Made by a program: the position numbers and the translations under genes. Under the pieces are notes generated by a model. The model was not told the DNA's origin and searched no databases. It was given only the letters and a program-made list of their open reading frames with translations. Shown here piece after piece: positions 47,171 through 57,403 of a DNA stretch of 64,000 nt. Within the stretch, counting starts at the first letter, position 1. The number at the start of each line of letters is the position of its first letter. Source of the DNA: an uncultured Clostridia bacterium (GTDB taxonomy: Bacteria; Bacillota; Clostridia; Christensenellales; CAG-138); the NCBI GenBank assembly GCA_944336475.1, contig CALVLD010000003.1, forward strand, positions 47,618 to 111,617, written 5' to 3'.

Positions 47171-49540
47171 CTACCTGAGCGTGACCACGGTCACGCCGTA
47201 GTCGCCCTCGCCATAGTTACCGTTGCGGAAGCTCTTGCAGTGCTCGTGCTTTTTGAGGTAGGCCTGCACGCCTGCACGGAGCGCACCCGTGCCCTTGCCG
47301 TGGATTATACTGACCTCCGCCAGACCCTGCCGCTTGGCATTGGCAAGGTAGCGATCTATGAGTATCTTGGCATCGTCGACGGTGGAACCTCGGATGTCCA
47401 GTTCCAGCCCCACCGTTGCGGAAGGATCGAACTCTATCCGGTGATCCATGACCTCCTGCCTGGGCTCTGCGACCTCACGCAGGTCATCGACCCGAACATT
47501 GAGCTTGATTATGCCCACCTGCACGGCCACCTCGCCGTTTTTGACATTGCCTATGACGGTGCCGATCTTGTCCAGCGACGCCACCCTCACGGTCTGGCCC
47601 GGCGTAATGAACCTGGGGGCCTTGCCGTCTATCGCCTTTTTCTGCTCGCTCACGGCATCGTAGAGCTCCTTATCGGTCTTGCGGACGGCGTCTCTTGCGG
47701 ACTGTATCGCCCTGTCCGCAGCACGCTGATCCAGGTTCTTTACGGCTCGGAGCTGTGCGACTATATCCTCCATCTCACGTCTGGTATCCGCAACTATCTT
47801 CCTGGCCTCCTCCCGTGCCTTAAGGCGCATATCGGCCTTATCATCCTCAAACCTCCTGCGCTCGGCACGCATATCGGCACGCAGCGCCTCAAGCTCAAGC
47901 CTTGCCTCCTCTGCACGGCGCCGCTCATCCTCCGCACGGCGTTTTTCATCCTCGGCGTTGGAAAGCACAGTTTCAAAGTCCACATCCTGCTTGGACAGGC
48001 GACCCCTTGCGGACTCTATTACGGACTCGTCCAGACCGAGCCGCTTTGATATCTCGAATGCGTTGGATTTGCCCGGTATGCCTATGAACAGGCGATATGT
48101 AGGGCAGAGCCTGTCGACATCGAACTCCATGGATGCATTCTGCATGCCCTCATGGGTGAGCGCAAACGCCTTTATCTCGCTGTAGTGCGTCGTGGCGACG
48201 GTACGGCAGTCCCTCATATGCAGCTCCTCCAATATGGCCATGGCAAGCGCAGCGCCCTCCACGGGATCAGTGCCTGCGCCGAGCTCATCGAGCAGCACGA
48301 GCGAACGCTCGTCCGCCTCCGTAAGTATACCGACTATGTTGCGCATATGCGATGAGAATGTGGACAGCGACTGCTCTATGGACTGCTCATCGCCTATGTC
48401 GGCATACACGCCCCCGAACACGGCGAGCTCCGTGCCCACATCCGCAGGCACAAACAGCCCCGACTGCGCCATGAGCACGAACAGACCGACGGTCTTTATG
48501 GTGACCGTCTTGCCGCCCGTATTCGGGCCGGTGACTATCAGCGTTTTGAAATCCTGCCCGAGCCATATGTCTATGGGCACGACGGTATCCTTGGGTATGA
48601 GGGGATGTCTGCCCTTTTTTATGACTATGCGCCCCGAGTCATTCAGCCTGGGACGGACGGCACGCATCTCACGGGCCAGCTTTGCCTTTGCAAAGCACAG
48701 GTCTATCTCGCCCAGCGTAAGAAGATCCTGATATATGTCGTTTGCGGAGGGCTTTACCATCTCGGTCAGCTCGGTGAGTATGCGCTCCACCTCCACAGCC
48801 TCCTCCATGGCGAGCCGTTTGTATTCGTTGCCCAGCTCCACCACAGCCGAGGGCTCTATGAACAGCGTAGCTCCGCTGCCGGACTGGTCATGTATGAGGC
48901 CGGGCACGTTTTGGCGGAACTCCTGCTTTACCGGAATCACAAATCTGCCGTTCCGTATAGTAACCAGCGGCTCCTGAAGGTATTTGGCGTATGTGGAGGA
49001 ATGTATCATATCGTTGAGCCTTGCCCTTACACGCTCGTTCGCCTGCCGCATGCTGCGGCGTATCCTTGCAAGCGCAGGGGACGCCCCATCGAACACCTCG
49101 TCCTCACTCAGTATGCAGCGCTGTATCTCCTCCTCAACGGAGCGATGGGTCATGAGCCCTGCGGCAAGGTTCTGCAGCAGTGCGAATGACTCGGAATCGT
49201 CCTCCTTACGGGGAGCTGCAAGTTGCTCCCTTGCCGCCCGTATGGCCTTCAGGCAGCGGCCGATGTTCAAAAGCTCTCCACAGGAGAGGAACAGCACCGC
49301 ATTCATGCGCTTTAGAGAGGAGCGCATATCCGGGAAGTCATCCACCGGTGAATACCCCGTGCGCATATAGTACGCCTCCGCAGCGTCGGTGAGAGCAAGC
49401 TCCGCATTAGCGTCGTCAAGCTCGTCAAATGGCCTGAGTACCTGTGCAAGCTCCCGTGATACGCAGCATCCGCAGCGAAGTGCGAGCTGCTCTGTTATCT
49501 TGTTGTATTCAAGTGTTTTTAATACCTTTTCGGTTATCAT
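47171..49540 (-). CDS. mutS2: Endonuclease MutS2
   Basis: TGPNTGGKT, DIGDEQSI, LDELGAGTDP, Smr IIHGKGTGALR. Confidence 0.96.
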   Translation of the reverse strand: MITEKVLKTLEYNKITEQLALRCGCCVSRELAQVLRPFDELDDANAELALTDAAEAYYMRTGYSPVDDFPDMRSSLKRMNAVLFLSCGELLNIGRCLKAIRAAREQLAAPRKEDDSESFALLQNLAAGLMTHRSVEEEIQRCILSEDEVFDGASPALARIRRSMRQANERVRARLNDMIHSSTYAKYLQEPLVTIRNGRFVIPVKQEFRQNVPGLIHDQSGSGATLFIEPSAVVELGNEYKRLAMEEAVEVERILTELTEMVKPSANDIYQDLLTLGEIDLCFAKAKLAREMRAVRPRLNDSGRIVIKKGRHPLIPKDTVVPIDIWLGQDFKTLIVTGPNTGGKTVTIKTVGLFVLMAQSGLFVPADVGTELAVFGGVYADIGDEQSIEQSLSTFSSHMRNIVGILTEADERSLVLLDELGAGTDPVEGAALAMAILEELHMRDCRTVATTHYSEIKAFALTHEGMQNASMEFDVDRLCPTYRLFIGIPGKSNAFEISKRLGLDESVIESARGRLSKQDVDFETVLSNAEDEKRRAEDERRRAEEARLELEALRADMRAERRRFEDDKADMRLKAREEARKIVADTRREMEDIVAQLRAVKNLDQRAADRAIQSARDAVRKTDKELYDAVSEQKKAIDGKAPRFITPGQTVRVASLDKIGTVIGNVKNGEVAVQVGIIKLNVRVDDLREVAEPRQEVMDHRIEFDPSATVGLELDIRGSTVDDAKILIDRYLANAKRQGLAEVSIIHGKGTGALRAGVQAYLKKHEHCKSFRNGNYGEGDYGVTVVTLR

Positions 49541-49550
49541 GTCATCTCCG

Positions 49551-51635
49551 TCAGTTCACACGGCGGTTCCAATGCCCACGGGTGAAGTCCGCCGGCCTCT
49601 CGCCGCCTGTTTTGATAGCACGCACCGCTGCGGCAGCATCATCGCCGCATTCGATAACGGCACCGTAAGCATACACCATGCCTGCCTCATGTACAATATC
49701 GCAGGTATAGGTGATGCTGCAATTATTCATACGGACAAGGCAATACCTGCCGTTGTCATCGCCAAAGCGCATATTCGAGAGCGGAAAGCGCCTGCCCTCT
49801 CCGTCCGTGACAACCCCTGCCGAGCCCCTACAGCTTTGACACCCCCTGTATTCCTTTACAGGACAGTGCAGAAGCTGCATGAGCGGCGTTCTGCCGTATA
49901 CGTTGATTATCATGGCAGAGCCGAAACCATTCGACAGGCTCCTAAGCTGCGCCGAGGTAAGCTCCGGCGAGGGTATGACCCCCGTAAAGCCCATGTCCAG
50001 CAGCATATTCATGCTTGCGCTGTTGCAGACATTCACACCGATGCCGGCAATGCGCTCGGACAGATGCTCCACCATGGCTGCCTGCCCTATATTATTGACC
50101 TCCGCACCCGAAAAAACGCCGCTATCGATCAGCCTTTTGTATGCGGAATGTGCGCCTTGGGTAAGCAGGACATTGGGCAGGGCTATCCACAGATGCGGAA
50201 AGCCCATATCCTCCGCCGTCTTCAGCTCAAATGCAGCCGGCTCGACGGGCTCTATCGCCACAATATCGGCGCCTGCGGCTATCGCAGCCCGCGCCTGCGC
50301 CACCGTGCGCACCTTTACATAGCACAGAGGACTACCGTTGGCAGGCGTACGGTGGTGCATATGCGCCTCCGCTGCAGCCCTTGATACATCTGCCTCCCTG
50401 CGCTCGAGCATGGCTGCGGCAAGCTCATCCGCCGCACGTCTGCGCATGGCGTTGACGGTGGACACGGGTATGAATCCGCCTCCCGACACCTCAACGCTCC
50501 CTACAGCAAACGCCGTGCCGCCGAGCTTTGCTATCTGGGCGGCATAGCGGCCGGGATTGAACTCCCTTTGGGAGACCTCTGCGGCATCGCCCGTAACGGT
50601 GACGCTACGGCCCTTGCACTCGAGGGTGAGCTCTGACGGCATATGGGGCGTCACCTCAAGCCTTGCGACTATCGGCACGGATCTTTTCTCCCCCTGTACT
50701 GACCGCTGCGCCTCACCCACAAGCCCTCTGTCTGGGCGTGCCCGGCCTATGCCGCCGGTACGCACGCTGTCGGAATACAGGTGGGAGGTGGAGAACTCTC
50801 CTCGGTTGAATATGTCGAATAGCTTGGCGCGGGAATCCGCCGCCGCTCTGCCATCGAGGGCATTGCGGTATATGCGTGTGACCGTTGCAACGTACTCGGG
50901 AGACTTCATCCTCCCCTCTATCTTGAAGCTTACTATGCCCGCATCCCTCAGTGCGCCAAGCTCGTCTATCATGCAGATGTCGTTTGGGGAGAGGCAGAGC
51001 TCCTCCTCCGATGCACGGCGCGCCTGTGCTACTGTTGCACACTTTCGGCAGGGCTGGGCACAGCTTCCGCGGTTGCCGCTTCTCTCCCCGGCCATAGACG
51101 AGTAGAGGCAGCTACCGGAAAAGCCCATACAGAGAGCGCCGTGGCAGAAGAACTCAAGCTCCAGATCCGACATCGAGTGCAGTCTGCGTATCTCGATCAG
51201 CGGCAGCTCCCGTGACAGCACCGCCCGTGTTATGCCGTTTTTGCGGCAGAACTCGACGCCGCCGATGTCATGTATGCCCATCTGGGTGCTGGCGTGTATG
51301 GCAAGGCCGGGCAGCTCTGCTCGAAGTATTTTTGCAAGGCCGACGTCCTGGACTATCACGGCATCGCACCCCAAACGATACGCCATTGCGGCAAAGCTCA
51401 CGGCATCGTACAGCTCCCTGTCAAAGAGCAGCGTGTTGAGCGTGATATGGGTCTTTACCCCCCTGAGGCGGCAATAATCTATTGCCTCTCTGAGCGATTC
51501 GCCCGAGAAATTTTCCGCCCCTCGCCTTGCGTTGAACTCGCCGCCGCCAAAGTAGACGGCATCTGCGCCGTTCTGAACGGCGGCGATCAAGCATTGCATA
51601 TTGCCGGCAGGGGCAAGAAGCTCAGTATGTTCCAC
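49551..51635 (-). CDS. U32 family protein with DUF3656 (RlhA-like)
   Basis: ELLAPAG, GADAVY, HASTQ, HGALC...C...NRG.CAQPCR, KIEGRMK; GTG start 51635 after GGAG. Confidence 0.88.
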   Translation of the reverse strand: MEHTELLAPAGNMQCLIAAVQNGADAVYFGGGEFNARRGAENFSGESLREAIDYCRLRGVKTHITLNTLLFDRELYDAVSFAAMAYRLGCDAVIVQDVGLAKILRAELPGLAIHASTQMGIHDIGGVEFCRKNGITRAVLSRELPLIEIRRLHSMSDLELEFFCHGALCMGFSGSCLYSSMAGERSGNRGSCAQPCRKCATVAQARRASEEELCLSPNDICMIDELGALRDAGIVSFKIEGRMKSPEYVATVTRIYRNALDGRAAADSRAKLFDIFNRGEFSTSHLYSDSVRTGGIGRARPDRGLVGEAQRSVQGEKRSVPIVARLEVTPHMPSELTLECKGRSVTVTGDAAEVSQREFNPGRYAAQIAKLGGTAFAVGSVEVSGGGFIPVSTVNAMRRRAADELAAAMLERREADVSRAAAEAHMHHRTPANGSPLCYVKVRTVAQARAAIAAGADIVAIEPVEPAAFELKTAEDMGFPHLWIALPNVLLTQGAHSAYKRLIDSGVFSGAEVNNIGQAAMVEHLSERIAGIGVNVCNSASMNMLLDMGFTGVIPSPELTSAQLRSLSNGFGSAMIINVYGRTPLMQLLHCPVKEYRGCQSCRGSAGVVTDGEGRRFPLSNMRFGDDNGRYCLVRMNNCSITYTCDIVHEAGMVYAYGAVIECGDDAAAAVRAIKTGGERPADFTRGHWNRRVN

Positions 51636-51744
51636 AGCAGATAACTCCGTCAAAAAACAATAGGCCGAGCATGGGAAACAGCTCCGGCCTGATACATGCG
51701 CACACGGCACAGCGCAAGCGCCTTGTGCGTACACGTTTTGAACG

Positions 51745-52065
51745 TTACACCCCGACGCGCTTTTTTGTCTCCATCCGCTCAAACGGATGCTTCACCGGGG
51801 CAGGTGTCCTTGGCATCTCACGAAGCTGGGCTATTTTTTCATCCAGCGCCTTATACTCCGCCTGCAGCCTTTGAAGCTCATCCTCAAGATTGAGCATGGC
51901 AAGCAAAACGCACTTGTTTGCAGCAAGATTAGGATACCGAGATTGAACGTCTTCAATGCGGCCGCTCACCGATGCGGCAAGCCCTCGCATATACTCCTCG
52001 CTCTCAGTGCCGGAAAGGCGGAATATTTGACCGCCGACCTCAATAGTGACCTTGGTTTTTTCCAT
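51745..52065 (-). CDS. zapA: Cell division protein ZapA
   Basis: KVTIEVGGQ.FRL...ESEEYM..LA..V, LAMLNL.DE, coiled coil. Confidence 0.85.
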   Translation of the reverse strand: MEKTKVTIEVGGQIFRLSGTESEEYMRGLAASVSGRIEDVQSRYPNLAANKCVLLAMLNLEDELQRLQAEYKALDEKIAQLREMPRTPAPVKHPFERMETKKRVGV

Positions 52066-52279
52066 AAATTGCACCACCCCTACTGTTCCTTGCGTATATT
52101 GTACCACAATATATGCGATCATGCAACCTTTTTCCGCTATTCTCGGCATAAAATTTGCATAATGGCGGTTTCTGCCGAAAGCGAAGCGGAGAGGGCGCGC
52201 GCCCCTCCGCATTCGTTAACTCATTATTGTCTCGAATATGGTATGACCTAAGCCGACAGACGACCGGTCAGCCATGCCA

Positions 52280-52549
52280 TCAGCCTCTGCGGGCGGCAAA
52301 GCATTCGCTGCAATAGATGGGCCTGTCGTTCTTCGGCTCGAACGGAATCTTGGTGGGCTTGCCGCACTGTGCGCAAATCGCATCATACATCACACGCTCA
52401 CTGCGAGATGCGGCCTTGCGGTTGTTCCTGCACTCCTTGCAACGGACGGGCTCATTCTTGAAGCCCTTCTCGGCATAGAATTGCTGCTCTCGGACTGTAA
52501 ACACGAACTCGTTGCCGCAATCCTTGCAAACCAGTACTTTGTCTTCCAT
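52280..52549 (-). CDS. Small zinc-ribbon protein (zf-trcl + CxxC-x17-CxxC)
   Basis: LVCKDCG.EFVFT..EQ.FY.EKGF.NEP.RC..CR; CAQCG...PF.P...RPIYC.EC. Confidence 0.92.
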   Translation of the reverse strand: MEDKVLVCKDCGNEFVFTVREQQFYAEKGFKNEPVRCKECRNNRKAASRSERVMYDAICAQCGKPTKIPFEPKNDRPIYCSECFAARRG

Positions 52550-52578
52550 TGGATAAAATCCCCTTGCGTAGTATTTTT

Positions 52579-52804
52579 TGGCCTCCGACTGACGGCTGAC
52601 GCTGGTTTTTGACCCCGCACTCGCCTGTTGGCGCTATCGCTACCCGATATCGATCTCTCACTACACACGCTCTCAGCCACGGTGGACTGACAGGACTTAC
52701 TTCTAAACCGCACCATGCTCACGGGGACTTTGCCCCGCTTACGCGGATCGCTTCGCCTGCGACTGGCATCGACTTTCAACCACAGACCCGTTAAACATCG
52801 GCCA
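52579..52804 (-). ncRNA. raiA motif RNA
   Basis: Minus strand GTGGTTGAAAGTCGATGCCAGTCGCAGGC...GAGCATGGTGCGG.TTAGAAGTAAGTCCTG...AGTGAG...GGGTAGCGA...CAGGCGAGTG.GGGGTCAAA.ACCAG closely matches the clostridial raiA-motif sequence as recalled. TTGCAA-17-TATAAT promoter at 52838-52810. Confidence 0.9.
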
Positions 52805-52903
52805 CTGCGATTATACCGTATGCGTTTCATTTTTGCAACCGTAATGCAACGTTGCGGATAATATATGTAATTTGGTTTATATGCTAATTCGTCTCAACTC
52901 GCA

Positions 52904-52931
52904 AACGGAGCCCCGTTTTTGGGGCTCCGTA
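52904..52931 (-). terminator. clpB terminator
   Basis: ACGGAGCCCC-gttttt-GGGGCTCCGT. Confidence 0.75.
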
Positions 52932-52940
52932 TTATGCGGA

Positions 52941-55511
52941 TCAACGCACACTCATGCCGTTCTCATCGGCATCAACCGTGACGGTCGAATACGGCTCGGG
53001 ATCATCGGCAAGGAGCTTTCTTGCAATGAGCGTTTCCACATTCGCCTGTATGAACCGTTTGAGAGGTCTTGCGCCGAACTGCGGATCGCTCCCGTGGGAG
53101 ACTATGTACCTTACGGCGGCATCGGTGACATCTAGGTTCAGAGTCCTCTCCCTCATTCGGGTCTCAAGCCGCTTGAGGAGCAAACGCACTATGCTTGCCA
53201 TGTTGTCGTCGGTCAAAGGACGGAACAGCACTATCTCATCCAGACGGTTGAGGAACTCCGGCCGGAAATGGCTGTGCAGAAGCCTCATCACCGCATGTCT
53301 TGTCTCAGGGGCTATCTCGCTGCCGCAGTCAAGCAGCAGCTCGCTGCCCAGATTGCTGGTCATTATGATTATGGTGTTCTTGAAATCCACCGTCCTGCCC
53401 TGACCGTCTGTAGCACGACCGTCGTCGAGTATCTGCAGCAGCACATTGAGGACATCGGGATGCGCCTTCTCAACCTCGTCAAAGAGCACCACGGCATACG
53501 GCTTGCGGCGAACGGCCTCGGTGAGCTGACCGCCCTCATCATAGCCGACGTATCCCGGAGGAGCTCCGAGCAGACGGGATACGGAGTACTTCTCCATATA
53601 CTCGCTCATGTCAATGCGGACTATGCTGCGCTCGTCATCAAACAGCGCCTCCGCAAGCGCCTTGGCAAGCTCGGTCTTGCCCACGCCCGTAGGCCCGAGG
53701 AACAGGAACGAGCCCACAGGACGGTTGGGATCCTGTATGCCCGCACGGGAGCGGAGTATGGCATCGCTCACTCCAGATACCGCCTCGTCCTGCCCAACGA
53801 CACGCATGTGGAGCTGATCGTCAAGGCGCAGGAGCTTTTCACGCTCGCTCTCCATGAGCTTTGCCACTGGTATGCCGGTCCAGCGTGCCACTATCCTGGC
53901 TATCTCATCCTCCGTGACCCTGTCGCGAAGCATGACATCCGCGCGCTCGGATATTGCCTTTTCCCTCTCGGCAAGCTCCTTTTTCAGCTTGGGCAGCTCG
54001 CCGTAGCGTATCTGTGCCACTCGGCTGAGGTCATAGCTGTTCTCCGCCTTCTGCATTTCAACATTGGCGGCCTCTATGTCGCCTCTTAGCTTCTGCACAC
54101 GCTCTATATCCTGCCGCTCCTCATCCCACCGTGCTTTCATGGAATTGAAGCTGTCACGCTGCTCGGCAAGCTCCTTCCTGATAGTCTCAAGCCGCTCTTC
54201 GGAAAGTCTGTCGGTCTCCTTCTTGAGTGCGGTCTCCTCTATCTCGAGCTGCATTATCCTGCGCGAGGCGTCATCCAGCTCGGCAGGCATGGAGTTTATC
54301 TCGGTCTTTATGAGCGCGCACGCCTCGTCAACAAGGTCGATGGCCTTATCTGGCAGGAATCGGTCTGATATATAGCGGTCGGACAGCGTTGCCGCCGCAA
54401 TGAGGGCGTTGTCCTGTATCTTTACGCCGTGGAACACCTCATACCGCTCCTTCAGGCCGCGCAGTATGGATATGGTATCCTCCACGCTTGGCTCGTCAAT
54501 CGAAACCGGCTGAAACCGCCTCTCCAGTGCGGCATCCTTCTCGATATACTTGCGGTATTCATCCAGCGTGGTCGCGCCTATACAGTGGAGCTCGCCTCTA
54601 GCCAGCATGGGCTTGAGTATGTTGCCGGCATCCATGGCGCCGTCGGTCTTGCCTGCGCCGACTATGAGGTGCAGCTCATCTATAAACAGAATTATGTTGC
54701 CGTCGCTTGACTTTATCTCGTTAAGCACAGCCTTGAGACGCTCCTCGAACTCACCCCTGTACTTGGCGCCTGCTACAAGCGCACCCATGTCAAGTGAGAA
54801 TAGCCTTCTTCCCTTGAGGTTGTCAGGAACATCGCCCCGGGCTATTCGTATGGCAAGCCCCTCGGCTATGGCCGTCTTGCCCACTCCCGGTTCGCCTATC
54901 AGGCAGGGATTGTTCTTGGTCTTTCGGGACAGTATGCGTATGACGTTTCTTATCTCGTCGTCACGACCTATGACGGGGTCGAGCTTCTGCTCCTCGGCAA
55001 GCTCCACCAGATCCTGACCGTACTTTTTGAGCACGTCATAGGTGCCCTCAGGGTTGTCGGTGGTGACGGAGCGGTTGTTTCTGACCTCCTTGAGCACGGC
55101 GAGGAAGCCTGCCTCGGTCACGCCGAAGTTCTTTAACAAGGGCTTTATGTTGGAATCCGCCTTGTCTATGATGCCGAGGAAGAGATGCTCCACCGAGGTG
55201 TACTCATCGTGCATGGAGGCGGCGCGTTTCTCAGCGGCGGCAAGCGCTGCGGAGAGCGCCGGCGTGGGATACGGCTCGGAGGGGCTCGACGCCATCGCAA
55301 AGCCGTTTATAAGGGACTCGAGCTGGGCCAGCACGGCCTGCGGGTCTGCGCCGAGTTTCTTCATTATCGACGGGATAAGGCCGTCGGTCTGAGCAACGAG
55401 GGCATGCATAAGGTGCGCCTGCTCCAGTGCGGTGTTGTTGCGCTCCACGGCAAGCGAGTGGGCAGTCTGTATCGCCTCTATGCTGCGCTGTGTAAGTTTA
55501 TTGGTATTCAT
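52941..55511 (-). CDS. clpB: Chaperone ClpB
   Basis: Two AAA+ modules ([16 protein letters not shown]), long middle coiled coil, 856 aa. Confidence 0.96.
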   Translation of the reverse strand: MNTNKLTQRSIEAIQTAHSLAVERNNTALEQAHLMHALVAQTDGLIPSIMKKLGADPQAVLAQLESLINGFAMASSPSEPYPTPALSAALAAAEKRAASMHDEYTSVEHLFLGIIDKADSNIKPLLKNFGVTEAGFLAVLKEVRNNRSVTTDNPEGTYDVLKKYGQDLVELAEEQKLDPVIGRDDEIRNVIRILSRKTKNNPCLIGEPGVGKTAIAEGLAIRIARGDVPDNLKGRRLFSLDMGALVAGAKYRGEFEERLKAVLNEIKSSDGNIILFIDELHLIVGAGKTDGAMDAGNILKPMLARGELHCIGATTLDEYRKYIEKDAALERRFQPVSIDEPSVEDTISILRGLKERYEVFHGVKIQDNALIAAATLSDRYISDRFLPDKAIDLVDEACALIKTEINSMPAELDDASRRIMQLEIEETALKKETDRLSEERLETIRKELAEQRDSFNSMKARWDEERQDIERVQKLRGDIEAANVEMQKAENSYDLSRVAQIRYGELPKLKKELAEREKAISERADVMLRDRVTEDEIARIVARWTGIPVAKLMESEREKLLRLDDQLHMRVVGQDEAVSGVSDAILRSRAGIQDPNRPVGSFLFLGPTGVGKTELAKALAEALFDDERSIVRIDMSEYMEKYSVSRLLGAPPGYVGYDEGGQLTEAVRRKPYAVVLFDEVEKAHPDVLNVLLQILDDGRATDGQGRTVDFKNTIIIMTSNLGSELLLDCGSEIAPETRHAVMRLLHSHFRPEFLNRLDEIVLFRPLTDDNMASIVRLLLKRLETRMRERTLNLDVTDAAVRYIVSHGSDPQFGARPLKRFIQANVETLIARKLLADDPEPYSTVTVDADENGMSVR

Positions 55512-55523
55512 ATTATCACCTCT

Positions 55524-56171
55524 TTATAACAAAACTGTGTTGTTGCGGACATATGCGGCGATGTGTGCCTCCGCCACCTGCGCAGCCTCATTCGGAGAAT
55601 CGATACGGGCGAAGAACGCCTTCATCGCGCCGTCGAACGTCCTAATGTACTCTGCTATGGCATCGCCCACGGCGACCTCGGTATAGCCTCCGTCGGAGCG
55701 CAGATGCGGCACCAGCCTGCGTGTGAAGCGGTTCGTCTCGATGGCGCAGTCCGTCTCGCCTATATAGGCGTTTTCAAGCGTCTGCCACAGGCGGAAGAAT
55801 CTAAGCATCGACAGCGTGAACGCATCGCTCCTGCTGCGGACGGTCACGCGGAGTTCGCCTATCGAGCGCCCCTCATGCTCCAGCACAACGGAGTAGCGCA
55901 CGGTGGGATTGTACTTGTACTGAAGCGCCGAGCGCAGTGCAAACGCCGACTCCGACGGCTCTCCCATGGAGCGGAACGTCTCCCCCGACAGCAGCTCCTC
56001 CACACGCCTCATTATGCTCCTGGTCTGCATCTCCGGAGTCGTGTAGCTCACATGCTCCGCAAGTATTCGGTTTATCATGTTGCTGCGGCTCGTGCCCTCG
56101 GCATATGCCATACGGTCGATCTGAGCAACCACCTCATCGCTCAGCACGAGCGAGTAGATATTCTTTCCCAT
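55524..56171 (-). CDS. Ribbon-helix-helix (CopG-like) domain protein upstream of clpB
   Basis: YSLVLSDEVVAQIDRMA...GTSRSNMINRIL is an RHH pattern; RBS GAAAGGA; 12 nt before clpB. Confidence 0.7.
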   Translation of the reverse strand: MGKNIYSLVLSDEVVAQIDRMAYAEGTSRSNMINRILAEHVSYTTPEMQTRSIMRRVEELLSGETFRSMGEPSESAFALRSALQYKYNPTVRYSVVLEHEGRSIGELRVTVRSRSDAFTLSMLRFFRLWQTLENAYIGETDCAIETNRFTRRLVPHLRSDGGYTEVAVGDAIAEYIRTFDGAMKAFFARIDSPNEAAQVAEAHIAAYVRNNTVLL

Positions 56172-56307
56172 TGGTTCACATCCTTTCCGTGGGATGGCTC
56201 CCACAATGTTATTATACCACTATCAAAATAATTTGCAATGCACATTAATAATATATTGTTCACGATTTTAGTTTTTACCTTTCATGGTGAAAAGTTGAAA
56301 TTGGGGG

Positions 56308-56336
56308 TTGACAAAGCGAAGGGAGTGATGTAAAAT
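56308..56336 (+). promoter_or_regulatory. Sigma-A promoter of tRNA-Gly
   Basis: TTGACA-17nt-TAAAAT. Confidence 0.7.
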
Positions 56337-56379
56337 TCAGCACACAGTCGGGGACGGCCCCGGCGGAAATACGAATATT

Positions 56380-56455
56380 GCGGGAGTAGCTCATTTGGTA
56401 GAGCGCCGCCTTGCCAAGGCGGAGGTGGCGGGTTCGAGCCCCGTCTCCCGCTCCA
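56380..56455 (+). tRNA. tRNA-Gly (GCC)
   Basis: GCGGGAG/CTCCCGC acceptor, anticodon arm CCGCC-TTGCCAA-GGCGG, GGTTCGAG, CCA end; hairpin terminator at 56460-56487. Confidence 0.97.
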
Positions 56456-56529
56456 AAATGGAGAGGGCAGTTTTTCTGCCCTCTCCGACTATTAATGGAT
56501 CCTGCATCTGTGGGGTTTGTTGTTTGGCC

Positions 56530-56682
56530 CGGCTCCCTTGTGTCAAGGGAGCCATTTGGGGGTGGTGCGCTGACTGCTCCCTTTACACAAGGGAGCCTTG
56601 GGGCATTGTGCTGACTGCTCCCTTTACACAAGAGAGGCTTCGGGGTCTACGCAATACGCCTCCCCTTGCACAAGGGAGGCGC
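56530..56682. repeat. Second cluster of REP-like palindromes (same family as 18137-18790)
   Basis: GGCTCCCTTGTGTCAAGGGAGCC; two GCTGACTGCTCCCTTTACACAAG(G/A)GAG; CGCCTCCCCTTGCACAAGGGAGGCG. Confidence 0.8.
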
Positions 56683-56688
56683 AGCCCA

Positions 56689-56777
56689 TCAATAAACCCC
56701 GCGCCTGTGGGTTTTTGCGGAGCGTATTGCCGATTGCAACCCCCTCCTCCTCAATAAACCCTGCGCCTGCGGGTTTT
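56689..56777. repeat. Two direct copies of a TCAATAAACCC-GCGCCTG-GGGTTTT hairpin
   Basis: Copies at about 56689 and 56751; degenerate third copy near 56491. Confidence 0.6.
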
Positions 56778-57403
56778 GGTTTGCAATTATGGAGCGGATG
56801 CGGCATAATAGATGTGCAAAAAAGGCGGACAGAGAGGCGAAAATTGTGCTTTGCAGACGCAAATGTGCCGCGGCATTTGCGGTTGGATCATCCGGACGGC
56901 ACAGCGTAGCCTGCCAGGCGCCCCAAGCGGCTGTGCTTGTGGAGCAAGAAAATCATCGAGCTATCCTTCGCAGATGCAAAGTTGACGCACGGCGTACCAT
57001 AGACACGCTATCTCGGACTTGCTGGTATGCAAGAGCAGAGCTTCCCCACCGCAGCCGTGCAGAACACGGGAAAGACAGCCGGGCCTGTCGGCTCAAGGCC
57101 GCCTTCGGCGCTTTATCCATAATGCACCAGCGAAAGACCTCGCTTGCCTGATAACAAGCGGAACTTTGCGGATGGTATGAGCAGACCCCGAGGCGCTCCG
57201 AATTAAGAAAACTAAAGCAGAACACGGCGTTGCTCAACGGCTATCACGTTCTCACACAATGGACAACGCCCTGTTCCCTGTGCGGTGAACAGGGCTTTGC
57301 GGACGGTTTGGAGGCTGCTTTCCCCGCCTGCGGTGCGGAGCTTAATTTTACACGTTGACATGAGCGCATGCAGGCATCATAATTGGTGTGGGAGGGATAC
57401 ATT

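Noticed and set aside
52390-52830. 146-aa minus-strand ORF
   Set aside because: Overlaps the raiA-motif RNA and the real zinc-ribbon gene in another frame.
56530-56780. CRISPR array or prophage att site after tRNA-Gly
   Set aside because: Spacers are too short or variable, there is no integrase, and no duplicated tRNA 3' end was seen in the window.
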